This document shows, one piece after another, positions 40,995 to 48,263 of a stretch of DNA of 64,000 nt; position 1 is the stretch's first letter, and each line of letters starts with the position of its first letter. Origin of the DNA: a virus; the IMG/VR virus record IMGVR_UViG_3300009408_000003, positions 56,328 to 120,327 of that record; one strand, 5' to 3'. Position numbers and translations under genes: made by a program. The notes below the pieces were generated by a model. It was not told the DNA's origin. It did not search any database and was given only the letters and a program-made list of their open reading frames with translations.

Positions 40995-41504
40995 TTAATC
41001 AAAGAATAAAAAGTCTTTCCATTCTTCTGGAATTTCAAAATTTACTTTTTTCATTAATAATAAATAATGAGGTTTTTTTGGTTGAGGATGTGGTTTTCCA
41101 TATTCTTCGATATCCAAATCGGCTTTTTCACCGTTACAAGTTTTACATGCAGTAACCAAATTTTCCCATGTATTTTGGCCACCTTTTGATTGTGGAATAA
41201 CATGGTCTAATGTTAGGGTTCTTCGATTAGAACTACCACAATATACACATTCGTAATTATCTCTTTTGTAAATATTTTCTCTGTTTAAAGAAACTTTGTT
41301 ATGTACATTTACATAATTATTTACTTTGATAATTGATGGCTTTTTAATATCAAGATCTTTATTTACTAATCCAAAACTTACTGGATGTTCAGCTATGATT
41401 TGCGCATTACCTTTATAAAAAATAACGAATGCACGTTCTGCAGAAATTATACTTCTTGCCATATAGCTGTTATCTACTACAAGACATTTTCTAAAATTAC
41501 TCAT
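40995..41504 (-). CDS. HNH endonuclease (McrA-like)
   Basis: RDNYECVYCG..TLDHVIPQSKGG..WENLVTACKTCN. Confidence 0.92.
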   Translation of the reverse strand: MSNFRKCLVVDNSYMARSIISAERAFVIFYKGNAQIIAEHPVSFGLVNKDLDIKKPSIIKVNNYVNVHNKVSLNRENIYKRDNYECVYCGSSNRRTLTLDHVIPQSKGGQNTWENLVTACKTCNGEKADLDIEEYGKPHPQPKKPHYLLLMKKVNFEIPEEWKDFLFFD

Positions 41505-41529
41505 GATTTTTTATTTTTAGGTTATACAT

Positions 41530-41724
41530 TTATTTTGTTTTGTACTGTGTTTTTCTGTTGTACTTCCAGGTTTTATACATTCTACGTTCTGATGGCCATT
41601 TACCAGTTTTTAATATTGCAATTTTTTCGCAATACCTATTGTCTTTCCAATTATATCGAATAAGTTTATATTCTCGATTATTTGTAATATGCTTTGTACC
41701 AGAACGACTAAAATTTATACTCAT
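41530..41724 (-). CDS. Small basic hypothetical protein
   Basis: 64 aa; RMYKTWKYNRKTQYK. Confidence 0.6.
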   Translation of the reverse strand: MSINFSRSGTKHITNNREYKLIRYNWKDNRYCEKIAILKTGKWPSERRMYKTWKYNRKTQYKTK

Positions 41725-41791
41725 TTGCTATAGATTTAGGTTAGCAAATCTACAAGTTATCAAATAATTTTTTCATTTTTTTAAAATTTAG

Positions 41792-41863
41792 CACGGGAGG
41801 AGAATTACGATATCTCGACACCTAGTTTTGGAGACTAGTGCTCTGCCTCTGAGCTACACCCGC
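41792..41863 (-). tRNA. tRNA-Trp(CCA), atypical T loop
   Basis: CTAGT-CTCCAAA-ACTAG. Confidence 0.88.
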
Positions 41864-41867
41864 TTGT

Positions 41868-42103
41868 TTATTTAAACCATACTGACGATTCTTCAAAATC
41901 ATCATCCTTAAAAGTTTTATATGTTAATCCCTCTTTTTTTAAAATTTTACCAACTGATGATTCTATGTAAACTCCAAATACTTTACCATTATATCCTTCT
42001 TTAGCTGATTTTTTTATTCCTTAAAAATTTGTTTAGCTTTATCTTTACTTTCTATTATGGTTTTATTATTTTTTATACTTACTAGTTTATCGTTCCAATT
42101 CAT
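41868..42103 (-). pseudogene. Frameshifted small ORF
   Basis: MNWNDKLV..KQIF / GIKKSAKEGYNGK..VWFK*. Confidence 0.5.
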
Positions 42104-42246
42104 AATTTTATTTAATAACGCCAAGTATCAGTTACATAACATAAAATAAGTTTGTTCATACTACTATTGTTTTTAAGATATATTACATAGTAAATATACA
42201 AAAAAAAAATTAATATATCCTAATAAAAATTAAGATATTTTTTTTG

Positions 42247-42319
42247 AATTCCCGATGGGAGTCGAACCCACAACCGTAAGTTTAGAAAACTTATGCTCTT
42301 CCAGTTGAGCTACGGGAAC
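42247..42319 (-). tRNA. tRNA-Arg(TCT)
   Basis: TAAGT-TTTCTAA-ACTTA. Confidence 0.92.
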
Positions 42320-42324
42320 AGATA

Positions 42325-42478
42325 CCCAAATTACGTTTTGGGTAAGCACGTGAAATATTTAATTCCTAGAACTAAAAATTTCAGCAGGCAACTAAGCTGC
42401 TAATTTTAAGTTGCTATTTATTGCGATATTAATCTCTTTTTACTCACTACTTTAATGTCAAACACCAGAGCCTGACCC
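42325..42478 (-). ncRNA. ssrA: tmRNA coding piece (permuted two-piece gene); tag AINSNLKLAA* at 42424-42392
   Basis: 5' GGGTCAG + CTGG..TTTGAC D-loop-like; tag ends LAA; stop enclosed by AAAATT-AGCAG/CTGCT-GA-AATTTT helix; 3' end uncertain. Confidence 0.88.
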
Positions 42479-42955
42479 AATTACTATTTCAAAAAATTCA
42501 AACAGTTCCGATTCACTCATATTATTCTTTGTCAAATTCACGGTAACACTTGTAAATTGTATGTTATCTAATGAATATGGTTTGGAACTATATATTCTAT
42601 CTAAAGATACCTTACGATTATTTGATATGGAATTGTAATGTAATTCATGTGGTAATACCAACCCTATATTTGTATATACGCGTTTACCACCTTGTTTTTT
42701 CCAAACATCAAGCAATTGTAATTCTGTAGTCTCATTGGTAGAATGAGTTTTTCTTCTACGAGTTCGTCTTTTAAATTCTTTCATAGAAGATAATAAAAAC
42801 TGTTCTTCGGTAATAAGAGTTGGCTGTGTATTTCCTGTAAACCAATTTTCTTTACCAATAGTTTTAAGTCGTTTTAGTTGTAGAGGTGATTTTCCAGAAC
42901 AACTTAATGAACAATAAAATTTGGTGCTACCGTTTCTAATTTTACGATTAATCGT
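42458..42955 (-). pseudogene. Degenerate HNH-like homing endonuclease inside the tmRNA intervening segment
   Basis: Frame of track ORF 42458-42784 is open upstream (INRKIRNGSTKFYCSLSCSG) without ATG; SLDRIYSSKPYSLDNIQF..VNLTKN resembles SLDRIDSSKGY..NIQ..N. Confidence 0.7.
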
Positions 42956-42970
42956 AAAATAAAAAATTAG

Positions 42971-43033
42971 TGGATCAGTCGGGAGTTGAACCCGAGTCCA
43001 TCAAAACGTTTATAAACATCAATGATTAAAAAT
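42971..43033 (-). ncRNA. ssrA: tmRNA acceptor piece (permuted two-piece gene)
   Basis: GGAC-TCGGG-TTCAACT-CCCGA-CTGATCC-A; pairs with GGGTCAG including G3.U70. Confidence 0.88.
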
Positions 43034-43035
43034 CG

Positions 43036-43120
43036 TGCTCCTAGCAGGATTTGAACCTGCATCCTCGAATTAAGGAATAGTTTTTGAAACTATCGTGTTT
43101 ACCAATTTCACCATAGAAGC
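43036..43120 (-). tRNA. tRNA-Leu(CAA)
   Basis: ATAGT-TTCAAAA-ACTAT, long variable arm. Confidence 0.92.
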
Positions 43121-43222
43121 AATTAAAATATAATGTCAATCCCCCCTAATTTAGATTGAGCGTATCTCCTGCCCATTATATTATGATATTTTTAATTTAA
43201 TTCAGATTATCAACTGAATTTG

Positions 43223-43308
43223 TACCTCCGACAGGATTTGAACCTGCACACCCATTTCTGAATAATAGGGCTTAAACCTACTGTGTCTACCAATTCCACC
43301 ACGGAGGC
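43223..43308 (-). tRNA. tRNA-Leu(TAA)
   Basis: GTAGG-TTTAAGC-CCTAT, long variable arm. Confidence 0.92.
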
Positions 43309-43412
43309 GTTTACACTCTACCTTTTTTAAATCCAATAGGTAGAGTATCTTCTTTTTTTGTTTTTCTCATCATTTAAGTACTTCTGAAGAAGTACAGAAA
43401 AACAAACTTTCA

Positions 43413-43488
43413 GGGTGAAAGACCGGACTCGAACCGGCGACCTTCTGAATCACAATCAGACGTTCTAGCCAACTGAACTACAATCACC
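43413..43488 (-). tRNA. tRNA-His(GTG)
   Basis: TCTGA-TTGTGAT-TCAGA, G-1/C73. Confidence 0.92.
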
Positions 43489-43491
43489 ATA

Positions 43492-43566
43492 TGGTGGCGA
43501 TAAGTGGATTTGAACCACCGACTTATTCCGTATGAAAGAATTGTTCTACCCCTGAACTATATCGCC
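43492..43566 (-). tRNA. tRNA-Met(CAT) elongator (or Ile2)
   Basis: ATTCT-TTCATAC-GGAAT, encoded CCA. Confidence 0.9.
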
Positions 43567-43587
43567 TAGAGTATGGTAGTGTGTACA

Positions 43588-43896
43588 TCACTTACGGTTA
43601 CCATACGTTTTACCCGTTTTTTTCTTTTTATTTATGGTTCTTTCATATACTTCATCACTAGTATACATCCAATTCATGTTTAATTGTGCTTCACCAATTA
43701 ATAATTTCCATAAACCTATTTTAGATACTTCGGTATACCTAAAAATATAAATGAGCCAAATTAATGGTACTTTTAAATAATATCTGTATCTCCAAATCTG
43801 TTCAAGTTTGTTACAATTTTGAAATCGTTTTTTTCTGCTTAAATATTGATTAATTAATATAATCAATATCAATATTAAACTTATAATTAAAATCAT
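43588..43896 (-). CDS. Hypothetical membrane protein
   Basis: 102 aa, N-terminal TM. Confidence 0.6.
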   Translation of the reverse strand: MILIISLILILIILINQYLSRKKRFQNCNKLEQIWRYRYYLKVPLIWLIYIFRYTEVSKIGLWKLLIGEAQLNMNWMYTSDEVYERTINKKKKTGKTYGNRK

Positions 43897-44089
43897 ATTT
43901 TTGTTTTTGTTTTTAGTATTAATTTATTTATTTCTAATAAAGAGTCATCAGAAATTTCGTTTTGTAACTTAGTTACTATTAATTTATATATAATAGTATT
44001 ACGTTGTAACTCCAATAGTTTCATAACTTCTTTTGTAGTATATTTTTTCATAATATAACTATTTTTTAAAAATTAATATTTATTTATTG

Positions 44090-44178
44090 CGGAAAAAAAG
44101 AGAATCGAACTCTCACCGGGGGTTATTCCGGACTTGTTTAGCAGACAAGCTCAACAAACCAATATTTGACTTCTTTCC
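44090..44178 (-). tRNA. tRNA-Ser(GCT)
   Basis: CTTGT-CTGCTAA-ACAAG, long arm, G73. Confidence 0.92.
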
Positions 44179-44183
44179 AAATT

Positions 44184-44370
44184 TTATTTTAATATTCTAC
44201 CAAGTCGAAATCCTTTTGGGATTTCATTACCCTTGTAGATTTTTTTACTTATTCTTTCATTTGTAATTCAACACGTACCGTATTGATAATTTTTATATCC
44301 AGTTCCATTGTCTTTATTGGGTTCACTTATTTTCTTTTTGTTTCCTCGGTATGATGGTTATCTGTCCAGT
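44184..44370 (-). pseudogene. Homing-endonuclease C-terminal remnant 1 (NUMOD3-like)
   Basis: HHTEE/KKKISEPNK..YQYGTC*ITNERISKKIYKGNEIPKGFRLGRILK*. Confidence 0.65.
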
Positions 44371-44498
44371 TAATCAATCTTAATTGGTATTCGGCCACCA
44401 ATATAAAAATTTATTATTTTTTAAATTAGTGGTTTTGCACAAAAAAATATAATTCGTCTTTCATGCATTAAATATGAAAAATATATTTTAAGTAAAAG

Positions 44499-44573
44499 AG
44501 CGGGTAGTAAGATTTGAACTCACGACATTTAACTTGGAAGGCTAACGTTCTGACCGGACTGAACTATACCCGC
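44499..44573 (-). tRNA. tRNA-Gly(TCC)
   Basis: TTAGC-CTTCCAA-GTTAA. Confidence 0.9.
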
Positions 44574-44580
44574 ATTTTTG

Positions 44581-44653
44581 TATTCACGGTGGGCTACGAT
44601 CCCACTACCTCTACTATATCAGAGTAGTACTCTACCAATTGAGCTACGTGAAT
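44581..44653 (-). tRNA. tRNA-Ile(GAT)
   Basis: CTACT-CTGATAT-AGTAG. Confidence 0.9.
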
Positions 44654-44686
44654 GTTTTATAATAAAAAAAATATCCGTTAATATAG

Positions 44687-44759
44687 AACACCCGGTGAGA
44701 TTCGAACTCACACTCTTTTGGGTCGTAACCAAAGGCTTTTCCATTTAAGCTACGGATGT
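44687..44759 (-). tRNA. tRNA-Arg(ACG)
   Basis: TTTGG-TTACGAC-CCAAA. Confidence 0.92.
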
Positions 44760-44771
44760 ATATTTTTATTG

Positions 44772-44845
44772 CGGTTTGAGTGGGACTCGAACCCACAAAT
44801 CTTCTGTTTAACAGACAGGTGCTTTACCAATTTAGCTACCAAACC
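44772..44845 (-). tRNA. tRNA-Asn(GTT)
   Basis: CCTGT-CTGTTAA-ACAGA. Confidence 0.92.
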
Positions 44846-44931
44846 AGTTTAGAATGGTTGGAACTGAAATATCAACTTAGCAACAGTGTCTTAACAGGAG
44901 CTATTATTAATTTTCGTTACATTCTAAAGTG

Positions 44932-45004
44932 TGGATGAATAGGGAATCGAACCCTAATCTTTGGTGCTTCAAACCAACGCCTTGACCTACTTGGCAATTC
45001 ATCC
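44932..45004 (-). tRNA. tRNA-Phe(GAA)
   Basis: TTGGT-TTGAAGC-ACCAA. Confidence 0.9.
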
Positions 45005-45050
45005 TAGTTTGGGTTTTTACTGAAACCGCGAGAAAACAGTACTATTTTTT

Positions 45051-45284
45051 CTATTGGTGATACGGAATATATCTACCAAATTCATCTTTTCTAAGAGATT
45101 GTTTTTCTACACGAAATTTCCACTCTTTAAATCTTGATAATGATGATTTAAGTTTTGCTTGTTTTGTTGCAACCTCAAATGATTTTTCAAGACTTGGTTC
45201 TGTTGTTTCAATAAAATAATAGGGAGCTTGAACGTTAGTCTGACTAACAGGAACTACTCTCCAAATTCTTAATTGTTTTTTCAT
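45051..45284 (-). CDS. Hypothetical protein
   Basis: 77-aa ORF. Confidence 0.65.
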   Translation of the reverse strand: MKKQLRIWRVVPVSQTNVQAPYYFIETTEPSLEKSFEVATKQAKLKSSLSRFKEWKFRVEKQSLRKDEFGRYIPYHQ

Positions 45285-45329
45285 AAATTATCTGATGATA
45301 ATTTACGAACTGTTTAAAATGTTTTCCAT

Positions 45330-45557
45330 TTATTTTCTATATGAACTTGGTACATCCCAATAACATCTATAATCAAATATATTATATGAAGCATATATTT
45401 TTTTATATGAATTACCGTTTGACAAATATTTATTAAACCTACGTACAGCTTTATTTGCTAAACGTTTACTTTTTTTTGTTCCGTTAGGCCCTCGTGAATA
45501 ATCATTTAGCCAAGGATTCTTACTTCTGCTTCTACTCATAATTAGTACCAAAGCCAT
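45330..45557 (-). CDS. Small basic protein (likely start MSRSRSK)
   Basis: KRLANKAVRR..YKKIYASYNIFDY. Confidence 0.6.
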   Translation of the reverse strand: MALVLIMSRSRSKNPWLNDYSRGPNGTKKSKRLANKAVRRFNKYLSNGNSYKKIYASYNIFDYRCYWDVPSSYRK

Positions 45558-45772
45558 GTGGCATTGTGTTTATGACTAGTGTTACCAAACTCTAAAAAAT
45601 CTAAGTCATATCCTAGTATAACTTTATGAAGTGAACTTTTAGTTTTAGTTTTATTGGTTTTGCTAATTAGTTTACAATACCAAGTTGGAGCGGTTCTACG
45701 ATTCATACTGCCAGGTATTTGTTTTCTGATTTGTGCTTCAGTCCATGCCCAGCGTTTTTTTCGTTGTTTCAT
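45542..45772 (-). CDS. Small basic protein
   Basis: 76-aa ORF. Confidence 0.6.
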   Translation of the reverse strand: MKQRKKRWAWTEAQIRKQIPGSMNRRTAPTWYCKLISKTNKTKTKSSLHKVILGYDLDFLEFGNTSHKHNATWLWY

Positions 45773-45848
45773 TGTTTTGATATTTTTTATTAATACTTAA
45801 AACATAGCGAATTTAAATTTGTTCATAATTAATTATTTTTGATTTTTG

Positions 45849-45922
45849 TAACGCCGACGGGCTACGATCCCGCAATCTCCAGGTTGAAAGCCTGACGAGT
45901 TACCCAATTACTCTACAGCGTC
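45849..45922 (-). tRNA. tRNA-Glu(TTC)
   Basis: TCAGG-CTTTCAA-CCTGG. Confidence 0.9.
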
Positions 45923-46145
45923 ATTTTGTTAATAAATATTAAAAATATAAGTAAACCTTCGTTTCTCACATTTATTTTTAGCTTTCCATGAGGGACTCTA
46001 ATCCTATATTTAATTCTATCAATTATATCAACTAAATTGACCATATTTAATGGTATTAAAGAATTATTTCCCAGTATATTATTGATGTCGTACATCTTTA
46101 AACGTTGCAGATATACAGTTTCTCAATACACAGAATATTTTGCAG

Positions 46146-46216
46146 TGGGCCAGGTAGGGATCGAACCTACTCGCTAGAATTTTACAGATTCGGCCGTTAC
46201 CTTAACTGTCAGACCC
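46146..46216 (-). tRNA. tRNA-Tyr(GTA), short variable loop
   Basis: CGAAT-CTGTAAA-ATTCT; no long arm. Confidence 0.8.
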
Positions 46217-46285
46217 ATAATCATTGTTTCGGGTACAATGAAAAAAACCTTTATATAATTCATACCAACGGTATAAATTTAAAAA

Positions 46286-46427
46286 ATTAAGAGAAAGATT
46301 AGGTGAGTATTATTGTTTGTTTTCAATTTTCAAGATTGATACCTTAACCATTTGACTTATTTCCCCAACGGGAAATATCGGACTCGAACCGATAAATACG
46401 AAGTAACTCATTCTATTACTACTTAAT
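46286..46427 (-). ncRNA. Y-like RNA C: conserved stem enclosing a circularly permuted tRNA-Ser(UGA)
   Basis: ATTAAG..ATGAGT-TACTTCG-[ATCGG-TTCGAGT-CCGAT; ATTTCCC-GTTG-GGGAAAT; D arm; TCAAT-CTTGAAA-ATTGA]-ACTCAC..TTTCT-CTTAAT. Confidence 0.8.
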
Positions 46428-46560
46428 TATTTTTTCATTTTTCTACCAAGTCGAAATCCTTTTGGGATTTCATCGCCTCGATATATTTTTTTACTTATTG
46501 TTTCGTTTGTAATCCAACAAGTACCAAATTGAGAATTGTTAATATCAATTTGTTTACTTT
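46427..46560 (-). pseudogene. Homing-endonuclease C-terminal remnant 2
   Basis: NSQFGTCWITNETISKKIYRGDEIPKGFRLGRKMKK*. Confidence 0.65.
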
Positions 46561-46580
46561 TCTTTATCTTTTTATCTATT

Positions 46581-46823
46581 TTACTCATATCCATTTTCTT
46601 TAGTAATTACTGATTCTTTTGGTGTTATTGAACCAATATTTTTAGAGTCATAATTATCAGTAAATGGTTTCGTTACTGAATCAAAATCTTCCCAAACACT
46701 ATGTCCATTTCTAATTCATTCTACAAGATACTCTTTATACGGATTTTGATAGATATTTTTTTCTCTTCCTGCTGTATCCCTTTCTATTAGAAAGTCTCTC
46801 CTTATTTGTTCATACTTATTCAT
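46581..46823 (-). pseudogene. 80-codon ORF with one in-frame TGA (46718-46716)
   Basis: MNKYEQIRRDFLIERDTAGR..EYLVE*IRNGHSVWEDFD..VITKENGYE*. Confidence 0.6.
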
Positions 46824-46849
46824 TTGTTTTGTATAAAACTAATTAAAAG

Positions 46850-46922
46850 CGGCGTACATGGGGGTCGAACCCACAATCCTCGCAGTGACAGTGCGATATG
46901 TTACCAACAACACCTCTACGCC
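46850..46922 (-). tRNA. tRNA-Asp(GTC)
   Basis: TCGCA-CTGTCAC-TGCGA, G73. Confidence 0.92.
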
Positions 46923-46934
46923 AAATTAAATAAA

Positions 46935-47083
46935 ATTCAAGAGAAAGATTAAGAGAGTATGATTGTTTTAAAATCTCGCCATACACTTTATATTATTAGT
47001 GGTGAGAATTGATATCGAACCAACATTTAACATTTATGAATTGGGAGTTTCCGAAGTAACTCTTACTTATTAGTACTTAATTC
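46935..47083 (-). ncRNA. Y-like RNA D: conserved stem enclosing a T-arm and an acceptor-like hairpin
   Basis: AATTAAG..AAGAGT-TACTTCG..GTTGG-TTCGATA-TCAAT, TCTCACCA/TGGCGAGA..ACTCTC..TTTCT-CTTGAATT. Confidence 0.7.
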
Positions 47084-47090
47084 TATTTAG

Positions 47091-47164
47091 TACCGCAGGT
47101 GAGATTCGAACTCACGATATTCAGTATGTAAAACTGATGCCTTAAACCACTTAGCTACCGCGGC
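47091..47164 (-). tRNA. tRNA-Val(TAC)
   Basis: TCAGT-TTTACAT-ACTGA. Confidence 0.92.
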
Positions 47165-47203
47165 ATATACTGGTTTTTTCTGTGTCAGTATATCACAGTA
47201 TCG

Positions 47204-47276
47204 AGCGAATGACGGGACTCGAACCCGCAACAACCAGATTGGAAGTCTGGAACTCAGCCAATTGAGCTTCATTCGC
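47204..47276 (-). tRNA. tRNA-Gly(TCC), second copy
   Basis: CCAGA-CTTCCAA-TCTGG. Confidence 0.92.
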
Positions 47277-47301
47277 AGTTAATATAATTTTATTATTATT
47301 G

Positions 47302-47375
47302 TTCCTCCGGCCGGCCTCGAACCGACAACATACTGATTAAGAGTCAGTTACTCTACCTACTTGAGCTACGAAGGA
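47302..47375 (-). tRNA. tRNA-Lys(CTT)
   Basis: ACTGA-CTCTTAA-TCAGT. Confidence 0.92.
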
Positions 47376-47386
47376 ATAATCTTTTG

Positions 47387-47470
47387 CTTCTTACATAGGA
47401 CTCGAACCTATACACCGAATTAACGGCATTCCCATTCGGGAATTGCGTTTACCACTTTCGCCAGTAAGAA
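47387..47470 (-). tRNA. Class II tRNA-like RNA with the anticodon loop collapsed to a tetraloop
   Basis: Leu-type D arm and variable arm; ATTCCC-GAAT-GGGAAT. Confidence 0.7.
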
Positions 47471-47568
47471 AACTATTTATTATATTCCGTCAAAAATAAA
47501 ATACATAGATCGAATATTAATTATATAATTATTGACGTAATTACAATTTAATATGCCAATTTTGATTG

Positions 47569-47641
47569 TGTCTCCGGTGAGACTCGAACTCACGGTCTAT
47601 CGATTAAAAGTCGATGGCTTTACCAACTAAGCTACGAAGAC
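47569..47641 (-). tRNA. tRNA-Lys(TTT)
   Basis: ATCGA-CTTTTAA-TCGAT. Confidence 0.92.
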
Positions 47642-47764
47642 TTTCGATGTATATTATCAAGTTACCATTTTCATATATCCTAAAAAATGTTATACTACCT
47701 CATACATCTAAGGTACGGTATATAATGTTGCAACATTGTAAAATCCTAATCCAAAACTCTTTAG

Positions 47765-47837
47765 AGCTTCCTACCGGGATCGAACCGATGACATTTTCAT
47801 TACAAGTGAAACGCTCTACCAACTGAGCTAAGGAAGC
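47765..47837 (-). tRNA. tRNA-Thr(TGT)
   Basis: TTTCA-CTTGTAA-TGAAA. Confidence 0.92.
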
Positions 47838-47873
47838 AATTTTAATTTTCTTAAAAAAATTACCATCATGTTG

Positions 47874-47969
47874 TCAGAGTAAAGGGATTCGAACCCTTGG
47901 AGGACAACCTCTTGAAGTCCTCACTGGTTTCCAAGACCAGCCATTTTAGCCAAACTCATGCATACTCTG
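47874..47969 (-). tRNA. tRNA(TGG) with very long variable arm (Pro anticodon, class II body)
   Basis: CTGGT-CTTGGAA-ACCAG; GAGGAC/GTCCTC arm; C1-G72, A73, A37. Confidence 0.8.
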
Positions 47970-47979
47970 TTATTAAAAG

Positions 47980-48061
47980 TCTAGGTGGTGAGGTTCGAAC
48001 TCACGTAAAAATACTCCTGTTCCCAAAACAGGCGGGTTCATCCATCTGCCCGAGCACCTAG
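47980..48061 (-). tRNA. tRNA-Pro(TGG)
   Basis: CCTGT-TTTGGGA-ACAGG, C1-G72, G37. Confidence 0.88.
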
Positions 48062-48098
48062 TTTTATAAAATTATTATAAAGTTTATAATTTTTTTAT

Positions 48099-48165
48099 TT
48101 ACAATAATATTCTACCAAATCGAAATCCTGTTGGGATTTCATTACCTTTGTAGGTTTTTTTATTT
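48099..48165 (-). pseudogene. Homing-endonuclease C-terminal remnant 3
   Basis: INKKTYKGNEIPTGFRFGRILL*. Confidence 0.55.
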
Positions 48166-48191
48166 ATGAAAAAATTATATTTTAAATATAG

Positions 48192-48263
48192 TTAGCCCAC
48201 CAAGAGTCGAACTCGGATTACAAGGATCAAAACCTTGTGTAATAACCACTATACCATAGGCCA
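48192..48263 (-). tRNA. tRNA-Gln(TTG)
   Basis: CAAGG-TTTTGAT-CCTTG. Confidence 0.9.

Noticed and set aside
41995-42030. Programmed -1 frameshift in ORF 41868-42103
   Set aside because: Slippage at the T-run gives an immediate TAA; an indel explains it better.
47087-47272. Track ORFs overlapping tRNAs (47087-47272, 45913-46095, 5' part of 48348-48626)
   Set aside because: They read through tRNA genes or have no coding support; spurious or at most partial remnants.
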